Positions 60,794-64,000 of a DNA stretch of 64,000 nucleotides are shown in pieces. The notes under the pieces were generated by a model. That model was not told the origin of the DNA. It ran no database searches and saw nothing but the letters and a program-made list of their open reading frames with translations. The stretch is taken from positions 124,001-188,000 of the forward strand of contig JAUFOR010000008.1 of NCBI GenBank assembly GCA_040285745.1, written 5' to 3'. Source of the stretch: Barthelona sp. PCE. Lineage: Eukaryota. Position 1 is the stretch's first letter. Each line of letters starts with the position of its first letter. The position numbers were made by a program, and so were the translations under genes.

Positions 60794-63610
60794 ATGGACG
60801 AAATTGTGCAGCAATTAGGGATTGCACTAAGTGAGAATGCTTCAAAAGAAGAAGAAAAGGCAGCATTAGAATACCTTGATGAAATTCAGACTCAAGAGGG
60901 CTTTTGGAGGTTGGCTTTTGAGAACTACAGCCCAGACCACGATGAGAACCTCACTTTCTGGTTACTTCAAGGTATAGCACGATCAATGGAGGAGGAACTA
61001 CCAACTGTTGATTATGACGTACGTGAAGAAGCCAGAGACATGCTCATCGGGCTCATTCAGTCCTTTGACGATGATACACCTCTACCATATATCACTAAAT
61101 CTGCAAAAGCACTTGTTCATGTTGTTATTAACATGTTTTTATCTGGATGGGATGGTGCATTCAACGACCTGTTAGAGATTTCTCAGTCCTCAGAGGTATT
61201 CCTACGTCTTTTTATTGAATTTTGGACCATTTTTGAGAGTGATGTAGTTGCTTATCAGTATCTAACAACTTCACGCGATCTCATTGATAGAAACACCGAA
61301 GTCAAGAGAGTTCTGCGTGAAGCTGGCACATTAGATGATGTCTTGGACTTTTTTATTGCAGTCATAACAGCAAACATAAAGAACCCAACAGGACAAATGG
61401 TAAAACGTGCTATGGAGGCAGTGTACCAGCTCAGTGGATGGATTCCGATCGAAAAAGTGTACGGTGAGGAGTTTTTGGCTGAAGTATTCGACTGGCTACA
61501 GTATGAAGAACTACAATTCGACACTGTCCGTATTATGTGCTGTCTATTGCACCGTAGTAAGGAAGACCCCCAGCGCAAGATTGCATTCCTTCAAAGCATT
61601 GATATCACAAACTTTGTAGAACAGATCTTTGCAGCTAGCAGCGATAATTTCTGTGTTCTTTCGACTGAAATATTTGCCAATTGCATTGACCTTCAGTTCG
61701 AGTTCGTTGAGTTCTTTAAGGACCTCGGTGTGACTTGTCTTACTTGTTTCCTGAACCTCCCCAGTAACGGAGCTTTCAACTTCGAGAAGTTAGACAGTGC
61801 TTTAGAGCGTTTCTCAGCTTACGTGCGCACCGTGCTGCTCAATCTACACAGCCAAGTCATGGAATACGAGTTCTCTGCAGATGTCCTGACGGAGCAAATA
61901 CTGGACTTTGTGCTCTTTTTCAGAAACCCAGATAACTACAACGAGTTCGAGTTGGACGGCTCCCTTTCAAGCTATCAGTACTTCCGTCGTAAGCTGGAGG
62001 CAACCGTAAGTGAAGTTTTCCAGACGGTCAATTTCGACGTTGCATTCCAGTGCTACGAGGGTTTATGCGAGCGCGTACTCGCTGATGGTAACTCCGGTGA
62101 GTTGTGCGCCCTGTACGCCATCACTCGTCCCGTTACTATGTCTCTGACTAACTCAGAAAACAAAGAGGAAAGAGTGATGTTCATCAGTTCATTGCTGAGT
62201 TTGGAGATCAGTAGCGACGATGAGGTGTATACTGTCGTTGGAGCTGCTTGGTCAAAGACCTTTCAGTACTTTTTGTCGTACTTTAAGCAGTACGAAATCG
62301 ATGCCGTCCCTTACCTGGAGAATTGTATCACGCTTATCAAGGCTGGACTGCCCACACTGGATACGGTTATGGCCCGCTTCATTAGCCTCATAGACGTCAA
62401 CTACGATATGTACGAGCAGCTGTTTTTCATGTTCACTGAGATAATCAGTCACAACACAATGATTAACAACCACTTCAAGGAGAGCGAGCTGGTCGACGAG
62501 GACGAAGGTGTGTGTGAGCGCAAGAACTCAGGGTTGATCAAGTCGCTCGCCACTATATTGACGTTGGTGAAGATTGATGACTTTGAGGAACACGTTAACG
62601 CTGCGCTTATTGTTGAAAATGATTTTGTTGAGACATACAAGCGTATCTCAGACTTTATCTCAAAGTGTACGATCCCCAACCCAGACGTAAGAGGCATCAT
62701 TATCCCATTCGAACACATGAGCGAGTATGTTGTTAATCTGGTTAATATCATGATTGAGAGCTATGAGAGCGCTGATGACGAAGAAATGGAGAGCCTGCTG
62801 TCTCTGAGAGACGCTGTCAAAAAGCTAATTGAAATATTTGGAAAAGACATGCCCCTATCGATCATCAAGGGTTTCACCAATATTCTGAAGGACATTGGCA
62901 CGTGCGTCACTGCCCGCTACAGCCTCATGGTCTTGGATTGCTTCTTGAACAAGCATCTTGGTCCAGAATTCTTTGATGGATACTTCAGTGAATGCTATCA
63001 AGAACTGTTTGAGTTTGCTTGTGAGCTCTTCATGGAGAACTGCGACGGCAACTTCCTGGTTCCTGAGAACATTATTGGTGATGATGTTCGCGAGCTCATT
63101 GGATTAAAACGACAATTCGTAGCCACATTGGTTCGATTCCTTCGAGAGGGTGTTTTCGATAGCGTTGAGCTTGATGACAACTACTTCTTGTACAGAATGA
63201 TTGAGGGTGTCACTGAAAATTCGTGCAACACACTCCGTAAACAATGCCTGAATGGGTTGAGGGATTTGATGACATCCAGTGCAGAGAAAGGTGACTCAAC
63301 CTTCTTTGACATCGTTGCCACCACAGAAGTTATTTCGAGCATCTTCACCATCCCGTTTACAAAGGCCGACAAGAACACACACAGTTTTACCAGTATTTGC
63401 AGAATGATTGCCGATCTTTTTAGGACGCTATATACGTGCAACAATGATGTAGTTCAAGTAATTGGGCAGGTTATGACTGAGCTCGAAGAGTATAGCCAGA
63501 TGTCAGCGGAGATGTTTTGTGAGTATCTTGCCGATACCAAATTGTATCGTAAGAAGTGTAGTACTGCTATTCAGCGTGTTTACAAATCGTTAATGGAGGA
63601 GCGTGAATAA
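60794..63610 (+). CDS. XPOT: exportin-T (Los1/Xpo-t)
   Basis: Importin-beta-like size (938 aa). FWLLQ, GW--AF-DLL, RNTEVKRVLR, WIPI, DP-RKI-FL and Y-YFRRKL parallel exportin-T motifs. Confidence 0.8.
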   Translation: MDEIVQQLGIALSENASKEEEKAALEYLDEIQTQEGFWRLAFENYSPDHDENLTFWLLQGIARSMEEELPTVDYDVREEARDMLIGLIQSFDDDTPLPYITKSAKALVHVVINMFLSGWDGAFNDLLEISQSSEVFLRLFIEFWTIFESDVVAYQYLTTSRDLIDRNTEVKRVLREAGTLDDVLDFFIAVITANIKNPTGQMVKRAMEAVYQLSGWIPIEKVYGEEFLAEVFDWLQYEELQFDTVRIMCCLLHRSKEDPQRKIAFLQSIDITNFVEQIFAASSDNFCVLSTEIFANCIDLQFEFVEFFKDLGVTCLTCFLNLPSNGAFNFEKLDSALERFSAYVRTVLLNLHSQVMEYEFSADVLTEQILDFVLFFRNPDNYNEFELDGSLSSYQYFRRKLEATVSEVFQTVNFDVAFQCYEGLCERVLADGNSGELCALYAITRPVTMSLTNSENKEERVMFISSLLSLEISSDDEVYTVVGAAWSKTFQYFLSYFKQYEIDAVPYLENCITLIKAGLPTLDTVMARFISLIDVNYDMYEQLFFMFTEIISHNTMINNHFKESELVDEDEGVCERKNSGLIKSLATILTLVKIDDFEEHVNAALIVENDFVETYKRISDFISKCTIPNPDVRGIIIPFEHMSEYVVNLVNIMIESYESADDEEMESLLSLRDAVKKLIEIFGKDMPLSIIKGFTNILKDIGTCVTARYSLMVLDCFLNKHLGPEFFDGYFSECYQELFEFACELFMENCDGNFLVPENIIGDDVRELIGLKRQFVATLVRFLREGVFDSVELDDNYFLYRMIEGVTENSCNTLRKQCLNGLRDLMTSSAEKGDSTFFDIVATTEVISSIFTIPFTKADKNTHSFTSICRMIADLFRTLYTCNNDVVQVIGQVMTELEEYSQMSAEMFCEYLADTKLYRKKCSTAIQRVYKSLMEERE

Positions 63611-63613
63611 ATT

Positions 63614-64000
63614 TTATCGGAGTAACCTCAGCGTGGCATCAGACTTTGGACCCGATGAAAATGACAGTCGAGGTGGAATACTAATGGTGTTGTGCATGGG
63701 CGGATCAACCTCTCGCATGTCTTCCATGAATAAAACCTTCCTGAAATGTTCCTTAGCTTCGCGAAGTTTACGCGCTTTATCCTGCTGCTCAATATGACGG
63801 GTGAAGCCCTGAACAACAATAGGCTTTCCGCTGCTGGTGGGTAACTGCGTTTGTTGAGGTACAAATGTGCATTCCGTTTGCTTATCGGCTTCGATTCTCT
63901 GTTTCTTCGTCTGTAACTTCTGCTTCCTCCTCTTAAGCATCTCAGATATGCGCGTGTCCAGGTTTTCTGTGTCATTAACGTTAAGCGAGTACTTACTCCT
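63614..64000 (-). CDS. partial hypothetical protein with ECTFxP motif (5' end off the window)
   Basis: The frame is open to base 64000; ECTFVPQ...PIVVQGFTRHIE..ARKL. Confidence 0.65.
   Translation of the reverse strand, partial: RSKYSLNVNDTENLDTRISEMLKRRKQKLQTKKQRIEADKQTECTFVPQQTQLPTSSGKPIVVQGFTRHIEQQDKARKLREAKEHFRKVLFMEDMREVDPPMHNTISIPPRLSFSSGPKSDATLRLLR

Noticed and set aside
63131-63141. GGTTCGATTCC tRNA T-loop-like motif
   Set aside because: Lies inside the exportin-T CDS with no cloverleaf.
1-64000. Alternative genetic code (TAA/TAG as Gln, as in hexamitid diplomonads)
   Set aside because: Conserved genes are full length under the standard code and end in TAA or TAG at the expected positions.

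Overview
Gene-dense, intron-poor eukaryotic (protist) DNA. It holds about 38 protein-coding genes, read with the standard code (TAA, TAG and TGA all used as stops), with very short or overlapping intergenic spacers and a few short GT-AG introns. Recognisable genes include Vps8, a Vps45-like SM protein, UGPase, Cdc27-like, archaeal-type AlaRS, Sac1, Skp1-like, RACK1, C9orf72-like, SmB, C10-like, GH18, a PIN/AEC-like transporter, beta-ureidopropionase, PTEN, Sey1/RHD3, a SHIPPO-repeat protein, Top3, MFS, a HAD pair and exportin-T. The archaeal-type AlaRS, the compaction and the flagellar-type proteins suggest a metamonad-like flagellate (inference only). The standout is a 4,106-bp hAT-superfamily DNA transposon (18414-22519) inside the Sac1 coding sequence. 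It has perfect 117-bp terminal inverted repeats and an 8-bp target-site duplication (TGAAAAAC). Removing it plus one TSD copy restores a continuous 567-aa Sac1. Its transposase is spread over five ORFs but keeps all catalytic motifs, and a consensus-like splice donor lies before each frame break, so it may be an intact spliced gene of about 1,050 aa. No rRNA, tRNA or CRISPR features could be supported. All family assignments are from motif recognition by eye, not database searches.
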